A stretch of DNA of 64,000 bases from Parasitella parasitica NRRL 2501 (lineage: Eukaryota; Fungi; Mucoromycota), in the NCBI GenBank assembly GCA_025201805.1, contig MU619258.1, positions 260,288 to 324,287 on the forward strand. The letters run 5' to 3'. Both the position numbers and the translations under genes were made by a program. Of this stretch, positions 1 to 12,144 are shown piece by piece (the first letter of the stretch is position 1; the number at the start of each line of letters is the position of its first letter). The notes under the pieces were generated by a model. The model was not told the DNA's origin and searched no databases. It was given only the letters and a program-made list of their open reading frames with translations.

Positions 1-1448
1 CCACTGCTACGAAACAAGGATAACGAGCTTCCCTTGACAAAATCAGAGGAAATCTCAGATAACGTTCACCACACCGTATCTGCAAAGGTAAGCAGTAAAT
101 ACATTTTTGGCTGATCGAAACGACTCGACTAAAAATGGTCCAGACACTGCAAGTTTTTGACAGCTGGGTCGAGTTGGGATTGCAAATAGAATCAGAGCCG
201 ATTGGTGATGCCGTTGCTAACCCATCTTCTTTCTCTGCCGCTGGTATCGAGCCGTTTACGTCGATAGAAAAATCGACAGAGGAAAGCCTAAACAAAGCCG
301 CTTTGGAATCTGTCATTCAAGCGTTAACGATGAGAAACGTCAAGGCTTTTATAAGCAATATGGCGTATATTGAGCGCGCCACAAATCTCAAAGATCGAGT
401 AACCCATCTTGCTGCTCGTACCGAGGATAATGGCACTGTGCAAATGGCGGCACGTCTGCCTATTGAAAATTCACCCAACTTCACAACTTGCAGCATAACA
501 TTTAGCAAGAAAAACAACGTGTTTCAATTAGACGGTGCTAAATGCTCGTGTCCCATTGGAAACTGGGGAAATTGCAAGCATTGTGCTGCGGTGCTGCTTC
601 ATGCACTCGATACCAAGCGCATGCAAAATACGGATGTTGATCATAATGGCAGTAGAAATGAGAGCAGTGAGCATAGTCAAAGTGATTCATCACTACTGAC
701 TAAGCGCTCTTACGATACAAGTGAAGACGGCAATACTAGCAGCTCCAACGAGAGCAGAAAAAAGGCCAATTCTAGTATTGAAAGCTACGATTCGGTAAAG
801 GCTATACGATTTTGTCAACTACCTCAATTATTTGACAATTTGACTAGATATCTACAGTGGGATACGATCCGGACGCAACTTCTCCCCGGCAAGCATCAAA
901 TTCTACAGATGGAGTATGTGTATAGTTGACTAAATCCCAAGAGCATACGTGCTAACATATTGCAATTATCCAGGAAGTAAGTCAGTTCACTTTCAACGCA
1001 TCCCAGTCTTCAATATCAACGCCGTCATTACAATCTGTGAAAAGCACCGTGGTTTCTAGCAGCGAAAGATCTTCTTTATCCCAACACACTACTAGCAGTA
1101 GTGCCAGAAGTGTCATGACCTTGCCATCATCATCTTCGCATTCAAATAGTTTGTCTGATAACCAGCAACTCAGAGACTCACTTGGTCAGATAGACGAAGA
1201 CGATGAAGAAGACAAAGAAGAAGAGATCTACATTGAACAAGCAAGTATACACACTATCATTACACATAATACGAGCGCTTATCAATTTTCTGTAGGTCCA
1301 TTTCTCGCCGCCGAAAAAGGAGAAAACAGATGATCTTGAAACTAGCAAGACAGAAGACGGACAACAGTTAGCAGATACGCAACCCATAGAAGAAAGTCAG
1401 CTTTTAGCAGATACACAATTCATTGAAGATACAGACAAAGTATTGTAG
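1..1448 (+). CDS. SWIM zinc-finger domain protein, 5'-truncated by the window edge, multi-exon
   Basis: Frame 1 is open from base 1 to a GTAAGC donor at 88. Intron 88-143 joins in phase to ORF 135..929, which carries AKCSCPIGNWGNCKHCAAVLL (CxC-x6-CxH SWIM motif). Further short introns follow, then an acidic/Ser-rich tail. The 3' end (1333 or 1448) depends on the last donor used. Confidence 0.7.
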
Positions 1449-1705
1449 AAAACGAATATTTTTTTTTTAATAAACTCATACCATAAACAAGTCTTTGACA
1501 TCAATTATAAATACATACTGTATAACATGATCAAGGATTTGCTCAATACTGTATCACACCTTTTTTCTCATGACCGCATAGAAATTCAAGTCGCAGGTTA
1601 CGCAAAATGCATGTCTCTTGATACAGCAGCACCGTGAATTATAGCAGTGAATACAAATATCTTGGGGTGTGTATCAAGGAAGCAGCAGCATAAATACAAG
1701 GTATA

Positions 1706-1708
<3 letters not shown>

Positions 1709-1737
<29 letters not shown>
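1709..1737. repeat. (TA)n microsatellite
   Basis: Direct reading of the TA run. Confidence 0.9.
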
Positions 1738-1741
<4 letters not shown>

Positions 1742-1993
1742 TTTGTGTATGTGTATATATCGTTGTATTGCAAAAGAAGCCTTCTTCAGTAGTTACTGCT
1801 GTACCTGGAGTCTTCCCACGGAAACGACAACCAGGTCATTCATGACAGGAGAGCATTTTGTAGTAATGCACTTATTTAAATGGTTTAATTGATATGCCGA
1901 TCTGCCTGTGTCTATTTAAGGTGAGGAAGGAAAGCGCACATTACATTATCCGTTTTCTATTTCAACTTTCATTTTGACTCTCTACATACATTC

Positions 1994-3024
1994 ATGGCCG
2001 CCATTACCAAAGCTATTTACCAAGCAAGCGCTGATTATCTGTCAGAAAACCTCCCCAAAGAATTCCACAATGTAGTGCTTGGTGTTATCTGTGGCTCAGG
2101 TTTAGGTGGACTTGTAGAGACCATAGACGCTGATACCAAAGTCGAGTTTCTGTACAAGGATATTCCAGGTTTTGCTATAAGCACAGGTAATAGCGAAAAG
2201 GAAAAAAAAAAAAAAGAGGGGCGCGCGTTTTGCAAAGAGGTTATTAACGCATCAGTTTAGTGGTGGGACATGCTGGTAAGCTTGTATTTGGCCATTTAGG
2301 CGAATCTCGCACTCCCACTGTCTTTATGGTTGGACGATTCCATTTCTACGAAGGACACAGCATGCTCCAATGCACTTTGCCTGTCCGAGTCATGGCTTTG
2401 ATGGGGATCAAGTATCTTATTGTCACAAATGCTTGTGGCGGCCTTCAGCCCCAACACAAGGTGGGTGATTTGATGATCATCAACGACCATTTGTCTCTCC
2501 CCGGCATAGTTGGCAATAACCCGCTTGTTGGCCACAACTTTGATTTCTTTGGCCCTCGTTTTCCTGCAGTCTCGGATGCATACACCTATGCGCTTCGCAA
2601 ACTAGCCTTCAAGGCTGCATTTCAAGTAGGTATTGATCCAGACAACATCCGCGAAGGGGTGTATTGTATGGTCGCTGGCCCTAGCTTTGAGACTCGTGTA
2701 GAAGCTCGCTATTTAGCGTCCATTGGGGCTGACGCTGTTGGTATGTCCACTGTGCCTGAAGTCGTTATTGCTCGTCATGCTGGTATTAAAGTGTTGGGTA
2801 TTAGTTTGATCACCAATGACGTTATACGAGCAAGAGGAAAGGATGCCAAACTGGAAGTCATGAGAGAATTGGGTCTCGACGCTAAAGAAGATACCGAGGA
2901 AGACACTGAAAAGACAATTGCTAATCATGCCGAGGTATTAGAAACTAGCGCTAGAAGATCTGAAGATATGCAGCGCATGGTTACTCGTTTTGCTGATCTG
3001 TTGGCTGCTTCTCCAGTTATTTAG
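1994..3024 (+). CDS. PNP1: Purine nucleoside phosphorylase (trimeric, inosine/guanosine type)
   Basis: Exons 1994-2186 and 2261-3024 splice to give STVVGHAG. Motifs GVICGSGLGG, GRFHFYEG, TNACGG, GPSFET, VGMSTVPEV, ITN, ANHAEVL. Confidence 0.96.
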
Positions 3025-3349
3025 TCATTTAGCTTTCGTTTAATTTATAAATACATTATATAGAATACTGATTTTTTCTCTATGCTTGAGTTATTAAAGT
3101 GCTGTGTTATCGAATTGTGCACATGAGAGATAAGCAGATGGTTAATCTGGACCCTTGCGAGTAGTTCTTGTGACCTACGAATTTACTCATCTTAAGACAC
3201 AAACGCAGTGTAATATAGGAAAACAAAGCTTTGCGCAAATCCTTACATGTTTAACGTGGAGATTATATGCATTGATGGAATACTGTTAATTGAATGGGGG
3301 GGGTAAAAATGAGAATATCATAATATTAAAATAGTGCTGTAAGAAAAGT

Positions 3350-5059
3350 CTATACAGTCCTTGCCCAAATGACCATATTCGGATCAGGTCTTAACGTAAT
3401 TTGCTGCTTCTTGGAAACCTTGAATCCAGGCTTTTCAAAAAACTGAATATTTCTAATCAAAATAGCTAGCAAGATTTTGAATTCCACCAGAGCAAATTTG
3501 TAGCCAATACATTGACGACCACCAGCCAAGAAAGGCATGTATTGATAGGCGTTACCTAGACGATCACCGTCCCATCGATAAGGATTGAAATCTTCGGCAT
3601 CATCGCCCCAAATATGCTTGCTATGGTGGGTCGCAATAGGTGACAGGAATATCGTCGTGCCCTTTGGTAAGACATAGGATCCGAGGACAACAGGCACGCG
3701 AGTAACACGACTAGTAGTGGGTACTGGCGGAATTAAGCGAAGTGTTTCACGAACAACGTTGTTCAATAAAGGCAAAGTATTGATATCTTCGTAGGACGGT
3801 GTTTCGTCGTCTTGATGGAATAGAGTGCGTACCTCAGTCCTCAAATCGTCTTGAATTTCCTGATTTTGACCCAGCAGCCAAAGGCACCAGCTCAAGCTGA
3901 CACTGGTTGTTTCATGCCTAAAATTACAAGTGATTAGTTTTTTCGAAAAAAAAAGATAGCCAGCAAATTCGTTTTACCCCGCAGCCAAGAAAGTGAGACA
4001 TTGGTTCCTAATCTCCTCCAAAGTAAAACCTTTGCCAGTTTCCTCATCAGTGAGATCAATCATGGTAGCCAGCAGATCCTTTGGCTTATCGTCGACGGTT
4101 CCCTTTGTCTTTGCCTCTGCCGCTCTATCAATGCCAGCTTGCACAAGCTTTCTGCTCTCTTCTTCCAACCATCTCAGATCTGTCTTCATCTTGATGTTTC
4201 TCTCTGTAGGCAAATGGCGGAATATAGGAAACATGAATGTCAATACACGCATAAATGTAACCTCGTTGGAGAAGATGTGGAGGTAGGCACGGCTAAGCTT
4301 GCTTTGATTAGGAGTACCCGCATACTCCAAAGACTTGAAATCTTGGCCAAACGCCCATCCAATCACGTCCAGTGTAGCCAAGGATAAACCACTCGAAATC
4401 TCGATCTCGGTGAATTCTTGCCCGTCCTCCGATGTAACCTTGTGGTTTGGTCCTTTGATCATATCAATCCATTGATTGCGAAGTCTGTGGCCGGGTTTAG
4501 CCATGAGAGGTAGAAGAGAGCGAATGGAATTAACCGAGAATGCAGGATTCAGCATTTTACGTTGGTGGCGATGAGTTTGACCCTCTGCAGTGAGCAACCC
4601 ATCACCCAAGATACGGCGAAGAAATGCGGATGCCTCGGGAGTCTTGATAAAATCATACTCGTTTGACGTCAACACTTGCTTCAAGAGGACGCTGTCTGTA
4701 ACGACAACTCGTGGGATGTTCCAAGGACCATGAAATGAGTAGATTCCTCCATACATGTTTTCCCACTTTTTCAAAGGGACACCGGTTTCCTCTCTAATGA
4801 TTTCTGGAAAGTTACCCATGAAGGGTAGCCAGCCTACCTTGGGGCCAGGGATTCGATTAACAGGACTAAGGTATAATCTGTAGAGAACGACTTTGAAGAA
4901 AAAGTAGGCTACGGCAGTGGATACACCCAGCTTGATTGCTAGTTTCCTGACTTGAGGATAATCAAGATGCGTAGGCTCAAGTACATGCTTGGCAACGTAC
5001 TTTTGTACAGTCTCTAGCATCAATTGATAATTGTCTTGCACCAGCTTATAGTCGATCAT
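3350..5059 (-). CDS. Cytochrome P450 monooxygenase
   Basis: Intron 3918-3977 joins AAG/HETT (I-helix). N-terminal TM anchor plus IPGP hinge, ETLR (ExxR), PYRW (PERF-like), FLAGGRQCIG heme motif. Confidence 0.95.
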
Positions 5060-5582
5060 TTCAGATGTTTATATTTAATCGATCGAAATTATTTTATGAG
5101 AACAAAAGGGTTTATATTTTAGGAAACCATGCGGATGCTTTTGATATATAAAACGGAGGGAGCTCACACGGTGACTTTTAACTGCTTTAGCGTTCATGAG
5201 CAGACGACTCAATAATTGGCAGGATCCTTGGTCTTGCCGCAAAATCAGTGGAACCGAATCCGCTTTTAGGAAGACACGCCAATTGCATAGCAATGACATA
5301 CCTCAATGAATTCCCATTGCACTCTGGTCTCAATATACACTACACCATGAAAGAGATTTGCTCACAGAATAATGTGAGATACCCGCACGAGCAAATGATC
5401 TACCAAAGTACAGTCTATAGCCCGAGTGTCCTTGACAGGTCTCGCTGTTTTTGACCTCATATAGATATCGAATTGTGGTGCGAGAAATAAGAAAAAGAAC
5501 CCCTGGTTTGACTTTTTGTCTCCACATTTCAATTTGCTTGTTAAGAATGAAAATACATAAAATACAAGTTTATTGGAAAAAT

Positions 5583-6524
5583 TTACAATGTTTTGACCTT
5601 GCCACGGAAATCTTCAAGACTCTTGTAACCTTTGGCAATCATGATATCACTTAATTCCTTGGCGATACGAGCAAAGACAGCAGGGCCTTCTTCTTTCAGC
5701 ATCGTGCCAATTTGAACAGCACTGGCACCAGCCAAAACATGAAGGAAAGCCTCTTTACCACTAACAACGCCGCCAACGCCAATGATTTGCTTACCTGGCA
5801 AACGACGGTAAAAGGCATTGACGTTAGCCAAAGCTGTATTCAATACCATCAAACCACCCAAACCGCCAAAGCCATCCTTGGGCTTAATCAGAGCTTGTTC
5901 AGTTTCAAAGTCAATAGCCAAACCATTACCAACAGAGTTAATACAAGTGACAAAGGCCAAGTTCTCAAACTTGTTAAAGACAGCAGCAGCTTGATCGAAA
6001 TGAGCAATATCAAAGTAAGGAGGCAGCTTAATACCGAAAGGCTTTTTGATGATGGGAGCCAAGACACTCAAGGATTTTTCCATGGCTTCGATATCGTAGC
6101 CCATTTGAGGCTTACCAGGAACATTAGGACAGGAGTAATTAATTTCAAGGACACAAGGCAAATTAGCAGCTACAAAAGCCTCACACATCTTGATGTTGTC
6201 ATCCAAGGATAAGCCTGACAGAGAGATGAACAAGGGCTTTTCGCTGCTGTAATCATACTCCTTGGCGTACTTCAAGTAAAATTCGTAGCCTTCGTTAGGG
6301 AGTCCCATAGAGTTGATACTACCAATTCCTTTTGGCAAAGGGCTATAGCGAGGTGAAGGGTTACCATCACGCTGTGCTACAGTGGCCGATTTGGTGATCA
6401 AAGAGCCAGACTCGCTTTCCTCCATCAACTTCAAATCAGCCACTGTTTGGCAGCAAACACCAGAAGCATTGAAAAGAAGGTTGGGAAGCTTGACGCCTGC
6501 AAGCGTGGTAGAAATATCAGCCAT
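5583..6524 (-). CDS. URA1: Class 1A (soluble, fumarate-dependent) dihydroorotate dehydrogenase, PyrDA/Ura1-like
   Basis: Intronless 313 aa ORF with NASG, ITKSAT, INSMGLPN, NYSCPNVPGKPQ (catalytic Cys), KLPPYFD, NSVGNGL, KPKDGFGGLGG, IIGVGGV. No N-terminal mitochondrial/TM extension. Confidence 0.93.
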   Translation of the reverse strand: MADISTTLAGVKLPNLLFNASGVCCQTVADLKLMEESESGSLITKSATVAQRDGNPSPRYSPLPKGIGSINSMGLPNEGYEFYLKYAKEYDYSSEKPLFISLSGLSLDDNIKMCEAFVAANLPCVLEINYSCPNVPGKPQMGYDIEAMEKSLSVLAPIIKKPFGIKLPPYFDIAHFDQAAAVFNKFENLAFVTCINSVGNGLAIDFETEQALIKPKDGFGGLGGLMVLNTALANVNAFYRRLPGKQIIGVGGVVSGKEAFLHVLAGASAVQIGTMLKEEGPAVFARIAKELSDIMIAKGYKSLEDFRGKVKTL

Positions 6525-6611
6525 TGTTCAAAAGTTTGTGAAAGGTTTGAAGAGGAACTGTCTATAGGCAATATTTTGATGGCAATTTATACTGGTTTTT
6601 TTTTTTTTTTT

Positions 6612-6621
6612 NNNNNNNNNN
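6612..6621. other. Assembly gap (N run) after a poly-T tract
   Basis: N characters in the sequence. Confidence 0.99.
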
Positions 6622-6987
6622 CCCGCTTCAAACTGAAACAGTCCTTTTGAGCCACATCAGCTTCCATACATGCTTTTGAAAGGCCTCATGTACCTCATCT
6701 ACTTGGTTCCATGCCAAAGCCTATATAACGAGCGTCAGGCTTCAGAACCTTGTAATAGAGCTGTTCAGAATACATGAACGTACTCGTTTTCTCCCTGCGT
6801 TGATTGTGTCACTCAAGATTGATCAAATACCATTTTGCACAACCCAGCTGGTAAGGCTCCATGTGTCTTCTTCAATTCAAGAAAAGATAAAGTTCAAATA
6901 CGGTATGTGTAGTAGTATTAAGCATTAAGACAAATATCGTAATTTATTAAGGGTGTATATGTGTATATGCATTACTATTAGGGGCTA

Positions 6988-9329
6988 TTATTTTGAGGAT
7001 GATTTCTTGTCATCCTTGGCATCATTGTAACTGCTAATACTATAGTTACTTGTTTCGAATGGCAAGGGTAACATGAGGGAAGACGAGGAATGGTTCAATG
7101 TGGCTGAAGGTGCAGCAGTGGCATTAGCAGCGGAAGCATCTTGAGCCTCCAACAATGAGTCAAAACCAAGTTCCTTGAATGAAGTCAACATAGAGTTATT
7201 AGATGTGTGTTGTTGATGGAAGTTTTGAAAGTTGTTGGACACTTCTTCCTTTTGGAAAGTAATTTCTTCGTTGGATTTCTTGACACCAAATTCGCGCATG
7301 TCTTCCTCGCAGGGAGTGGTCATCATGGATTGAGTGTAGCTACGGCGATCTTGCTCCACACGCATGTTTTGAGCTGCATCGCCTCGGCTTTTCTTTGCTG
7401 GGGACAATGGGGGAGGCACGTATTCGTCTTCTTCAAGTTCTTGCTTTCCAAGCGTGTTATTGTTCTTTGAGCTCGCTTGGCTCAATCCTAATTCCTCCAG
7501 TTGCTGTTGCTGTTGTTGCTGGTATTTAGAGGCAGCGGCAGCGGCGGCAATAGCGGCATTATGACTGGCTCTAGGATCATAGTAGTCTTCCGTAGAAGGG
7601 AGCATCTTTTCGTCAGGCATGGTCACTTGAAAAGTATCGCTACTAGCGCTGAAAGAACCTGATCGAGGGTAAGCACCGGTGTTCTTTACCTGGTTGAACT
7701 GCTGATGAGACACTAATGTATTCATGGAGGGAGGTGTGGATGTAACGAAATCATGTTTAGCTGTTTGCATGGCGGGAGGGATGATAGGCAATGGACCAAA
7801 TTGGAAAGCACTTGGGGTGTTGGTGTTGGTGGTGGGCGACTTGTTCAATGGATTAGGAGGTTTGTAGGCGTAATCGTTGGATGCTTGAGAATTGCCAAAG
7901 ACAAGAGTGGGTGCGTTACCGGATGCTTGAGAATCTCCATATGAAAGGTTAGGGGCGTGAGGATAGTTGTTTCCAGCAGCGCCAAAGACAAGTGTAGGTG
8001 AATGAGGGTAAGCATTGTCGTTGCTAAGACCACTGATAAAGGTGATATTGGCGCTCTGCTTGGTCATCATCATATCATCTTCTTCCTCAGGATCTGCTTC
8101 CACGGCGTTAGTTTGCTTGGGATGGAAAATCAAAATCATACAGAGCCATGTAACGACAGCACACATGTTGACTAAAGCAAATCAATAATATGTTAATGAA
8201 GGGGGGTTCTTTTTTGGCAAAGATTAGCATTAAACATACTGTTACAGATGAAAAAATCAGCAGTAAACTTGTGGAGATTGAGGAATTTGGTTGTAGTCAA
8301 GCCATCAGCACTCAAAGCTGTCAATAAACCACCATGGCCAAACAGAACAGTGGTCAAAACAACATTAATTTCTTGGAAATACTGAACTTTCTGAATAATG
8401 GCTCTTCCATTTGCGTTGTCAGGAGCATTACGAAGCAATTTCTTGAAACGAAAGTGAGAAACAACACCAAGACAGCCTACAGTGAACAATTCTACAATGC
8501 CAAGTTAGGTGTTTGTCGTGTCTGCACTTCTAGCAATCAGTCTTACCAATGCCATATACCATTTGAGGGATGATTTCCTTAAAGGTGGGCTCATAGACAT
8601 CTCGGGAGAAGTTGTACTGCAAAATGGGGAAAATAATGAAACTCACAAATGTCCTATGGATGGTGGCGGTTAGATGCGTGTCAAAGGCATAAAAATTGTG
8701 TTATTATTACCAGCCAATATAGAACATGAACTCTTTACTACTCATAAAGTCTCTTTTGGCAACAGAGTTGGCAAGAAAGTTCCAGAAACATTGAAGAAGT
8801 ACCAAGGTACCTGTTTGCAATGAGAAACCTGTTACCAAGCTGTATTCTGTTCAATTAAACGGGGTTGAGTATATAGACATGAGAATAACGGCCAGCTCCT
8901 TGTTACCTGTGGGTATCACTAGTGCTTTATCTGCCTTAGTCCACAGTTGTTCTGGTTTAGTGATGATACGACCAAGGATGTTTGCAAACCCTTCTTCGTA
9001 CTTGATCTTCACCGATGTTATGTCTGATTATAAAGATTTAGCAGGCTGGTACAAGCAGATGAACTCTGTATGCATTACCATAAAACAGCTGAAACGGTAT
9101 CATGAATAGAATCAGAACAGTGACGATACTTTTAAGCTCTCTCTGCTGAAATCTTCTGGGATGCAGACATTGGAATCTATCCAGTGTCCACAATCTGTAT
9201 GTATACCAAACGTATAAATATCCAAATGATACCATTCTCTCTATATATTGATTGTTAATTCGATACTGGGCATGCTGCAAACATCGTTATAAACTTACGT
9301 AGAAAACTGAAATCACTCAAATGTGTCAT
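6988..9329 (-). CDS. Uncharacterised multi-pass (about 7TM) membrane protein with a long low-complexity C-terminal tail
   Basis: Six spliceable exons from ATG 9329 (MTHLSDFSFLQRMVSFGYLYVWYTYRLW...). About seven hydrophobic segments ending VVTWLCMILIFHP, then a ~375 aa S/N/P/Q-rich tail. Confidence 0.75.
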
Positions 9330-10745
9330 TTTATTTATTTATTAATTAATGGTATAAAATTTTGAGAAAGCAAAAGGAAGAAAGTGGACCTTTGAAGTAA
9401 CTCGTTTCTTGTGTTCTATTTATTTAAAGGGGAAGACAAAAAAAAAACTAGGCTCAAAGGAGGAAAACTGCAGTATAGAAAGACAACGAAAATAAGGGAG
9501 CAAAGAGCATTGGGCATAATGAAAGAGAAAAGGAGTATGTGAGCGTATCGCTGGGATGAGGCGATATTGACAAGACCAAGGGTGTACATGTGTCAGCATA
9601 TCTGCTTATTCAAGAGAATTGCAACATGTCTTGTAAGAGACCTTATATAAGTAGTATCATCTCGTCTTCTCTATGATATAAATCATAGCCATCAAGCTTT
9701 GCGGCTTGCAAGAAATTTACATACATACATTTACACACACATAAATGTATGCACAATACACAATGAATATGGTGTTTTCACATGACCCCTTGCTTCCAGA
9801 TGCATATCTGGATATTGCCCCTCTGAATATCGTCAATTCTGGATAAGATTTTCAATGATTATATGTGTGATCAATGAAACTGCATGGCGAGGATCATGTA
9901 GAATCAGGAGCCTCTGTGCGGGGTTGTTGCCGCAAATGGATTCACGTCTGAAATGGATCCAAGATTTGCCACTTGGGAGCTTTTTAGAGCTGATAGAGAT
10001 AAATAAACATCATGTGCAGTTTCGAAAATAGCCTTGAAGATATATACATTATTATGTTATGCGGCAAGAAAACAACAATAACAATAATAAAATAAAAAAG
10101 ATATATAGTTCATCAAGCATACGCCAGACTAAGCTACCGGCTATTTCATTGTTGGACAGTAAACATATATAAAGTCCTGTGCAGCAACCTCCAAATATGT
10201 CTACTTTAGCAATGCACGATTTTCCAGGGGAGATTTACTACTGTCTTGCCTGCCAACAAACATGGAAGAGAAATGGCGACTAATGGTAATATAGCAATTG
10301 AGGAGTGGCCAAATCAGGGGGGGGGGGTTGCGGTGGAGACTGAATGTACCTGTATATATTGTGTACAACCACCTACGAATTACTGCCACCAACGTTCGCG
10401 GGAGTCAAAAATGATCCTGTGAGAAACCGATTATTCATTTGGGATAATAAACGAACAGATCACACTCATCGTGCATTTGTTTTTAATCACATACAATGCA
10501 AATAAAATACAATAATTTACCTCTAATATTACCTAGAAAATACTTTGCAGCTGCAACGTTTCTAGTAAAAAAAATACCAGTTTTCAACGGCCTGGCATTT
10601 CTAGGCGGGCGCTCAACATTTTATTGTATATTATGCAACATTTTTTTCCAGGCTCATGTGATTGAGCTTATATATTAGAATGCAAACGTCTTTATAAAAT
10701 CACACTTTAGACCCCCTTGTTTATTTTTCTACAGAACACTACAAC

Positions 10746-11314
10746 ATGTCTCAATCGACTTCTTCTGTACGAACTGGGTAAGAATAAAGATACGTTGAAA
10801 CGAAACAGGGGACTCTTTCTTTGTAAACACTATAGGAGATTGTGATAAACTGACAAACCTATTTTGTTTATAGGCACGAACTCAATGCTAAATCGCTGGA
10901 AGCCTACCTGCAAAAGGCTATTCCGGGATTCGCTACCCCTTTACATATAAGTCAATTCAATCACGGCCAATCTAATCCCACTTATTTGTTAAAGGACGGA
11001 AAGTAAGCGGAAGCCTCCATCAGAATAAGAATAATAACACTAACATGGTCATGCCTACATAGCCAGCAGCAATATGTACTGCGAAAGAAGCCTCCAGGAG
11101 CCTTGATTTCTAAAACAGCCCATGCCGTGGAGCGTGAGTATCGTATTATCCGCGCTCTTGGAGAGAATTCAGATGTTCCCGTGCCTAAAGTATACACATT
11201 GTGTGAAGATGTTGACGTTATTGGTACTCCTTTTTATGTCATGGAATTCCTTAAGGGAAGAATCTTTACCGATGTCAAAATGCTTGAACTCGATTACGAG
11301 GAAAGAAGAAAATG
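10746..11314 (+). CDS. Aminoglycoside-phosphotransferase-like protein (ACAD10/11 N-terminal kinase domain), 5' part
   Basis: Spliced exons give [66 protein letters not shown]. Ends at donor GTAACT at 11315. Confidence 0.9.
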
Positions 11315-11390
11315 GTAACTTGTCCAAGCAAGATGAAAAGAAAGAAAAAAAAAAAAAAAAAAAACAGATGTAAAAAAAAAAAAAAAAAAA

Positions 11391-11895
11391 AGCTGGGGAA
11401 CAAAAGGTGACAACACTACGCCAATGGACCTCGGCGTAGCTAGTAAAGCGATAATAACAGAAAAAGGCGTTGAAGCTGTTGAAGTAGAAGTAGAAGACGA
11501 TATAGATGCTACTGACAAGGATTACGACCAAGCATTAGAAAGCCTGCTAATGAAACCTGAGGCAGTAAGAGAGGTAACGCGCTTTAGCATCCCACATTGA
11601 ACAAAAGCATTAATAAAGTAATTAGAGTCGAGCACCCAAAACGAAACAGGACGACTATTATCGAGGATTCCGTACCCGTTTGGTCCTTACCTGGATAGGT
11701 TGCAATGCAATGCTTGTTGCATTCGTTACCAGTGGCAGTTTCCAGTCACTTTTGCCAAATAGTGAACCAGATGAATATTCTAATACCATTGGAGCAGCTT
11801 ACACTGGCTTTATTTTGTGGATGGTGGCTGCTATGGCAGCATTTAGATTCATCGGGAGTTTGCTATACCTTATACTTCGATGCTTTAATTTGTAA
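11391..11895 (+). CDS. 3' fragment of a division-1 chitin synthase (5' part absent from the window)
   Basis: Reads SWGTKGDN, then a short intron, then KQDDYYRGFRTRLVLTWIGCNAMLVAF and YTGFILWMVAAMAAFRFIGSLLYL. These are typical C-terminal motifs of class I-III chitin synthases. Confidence 0.85.
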
Positions 11896-12144
11896 ATCAT
11901 TCGCTAAAAAATATTAAAAAAAAAAAAAAGAAAAGATACAGACCATGCTAATCGTGCTCTTCGAAGATGTCTTTATCAACAGTTACAATGACGAGTTGGC
12001 ATTTGCTTGCCAATATATGTAGAATAAGCCACTTGGTGTTCATATAAAATGCGGCTAATGCTGTGTTATGCGGTGCATAAAAAACTAGTAGAGGAGACTT
12101 TATTCTTTTTCTTCTTTTTTCATACCTTAAAAAACCAGAATAAC

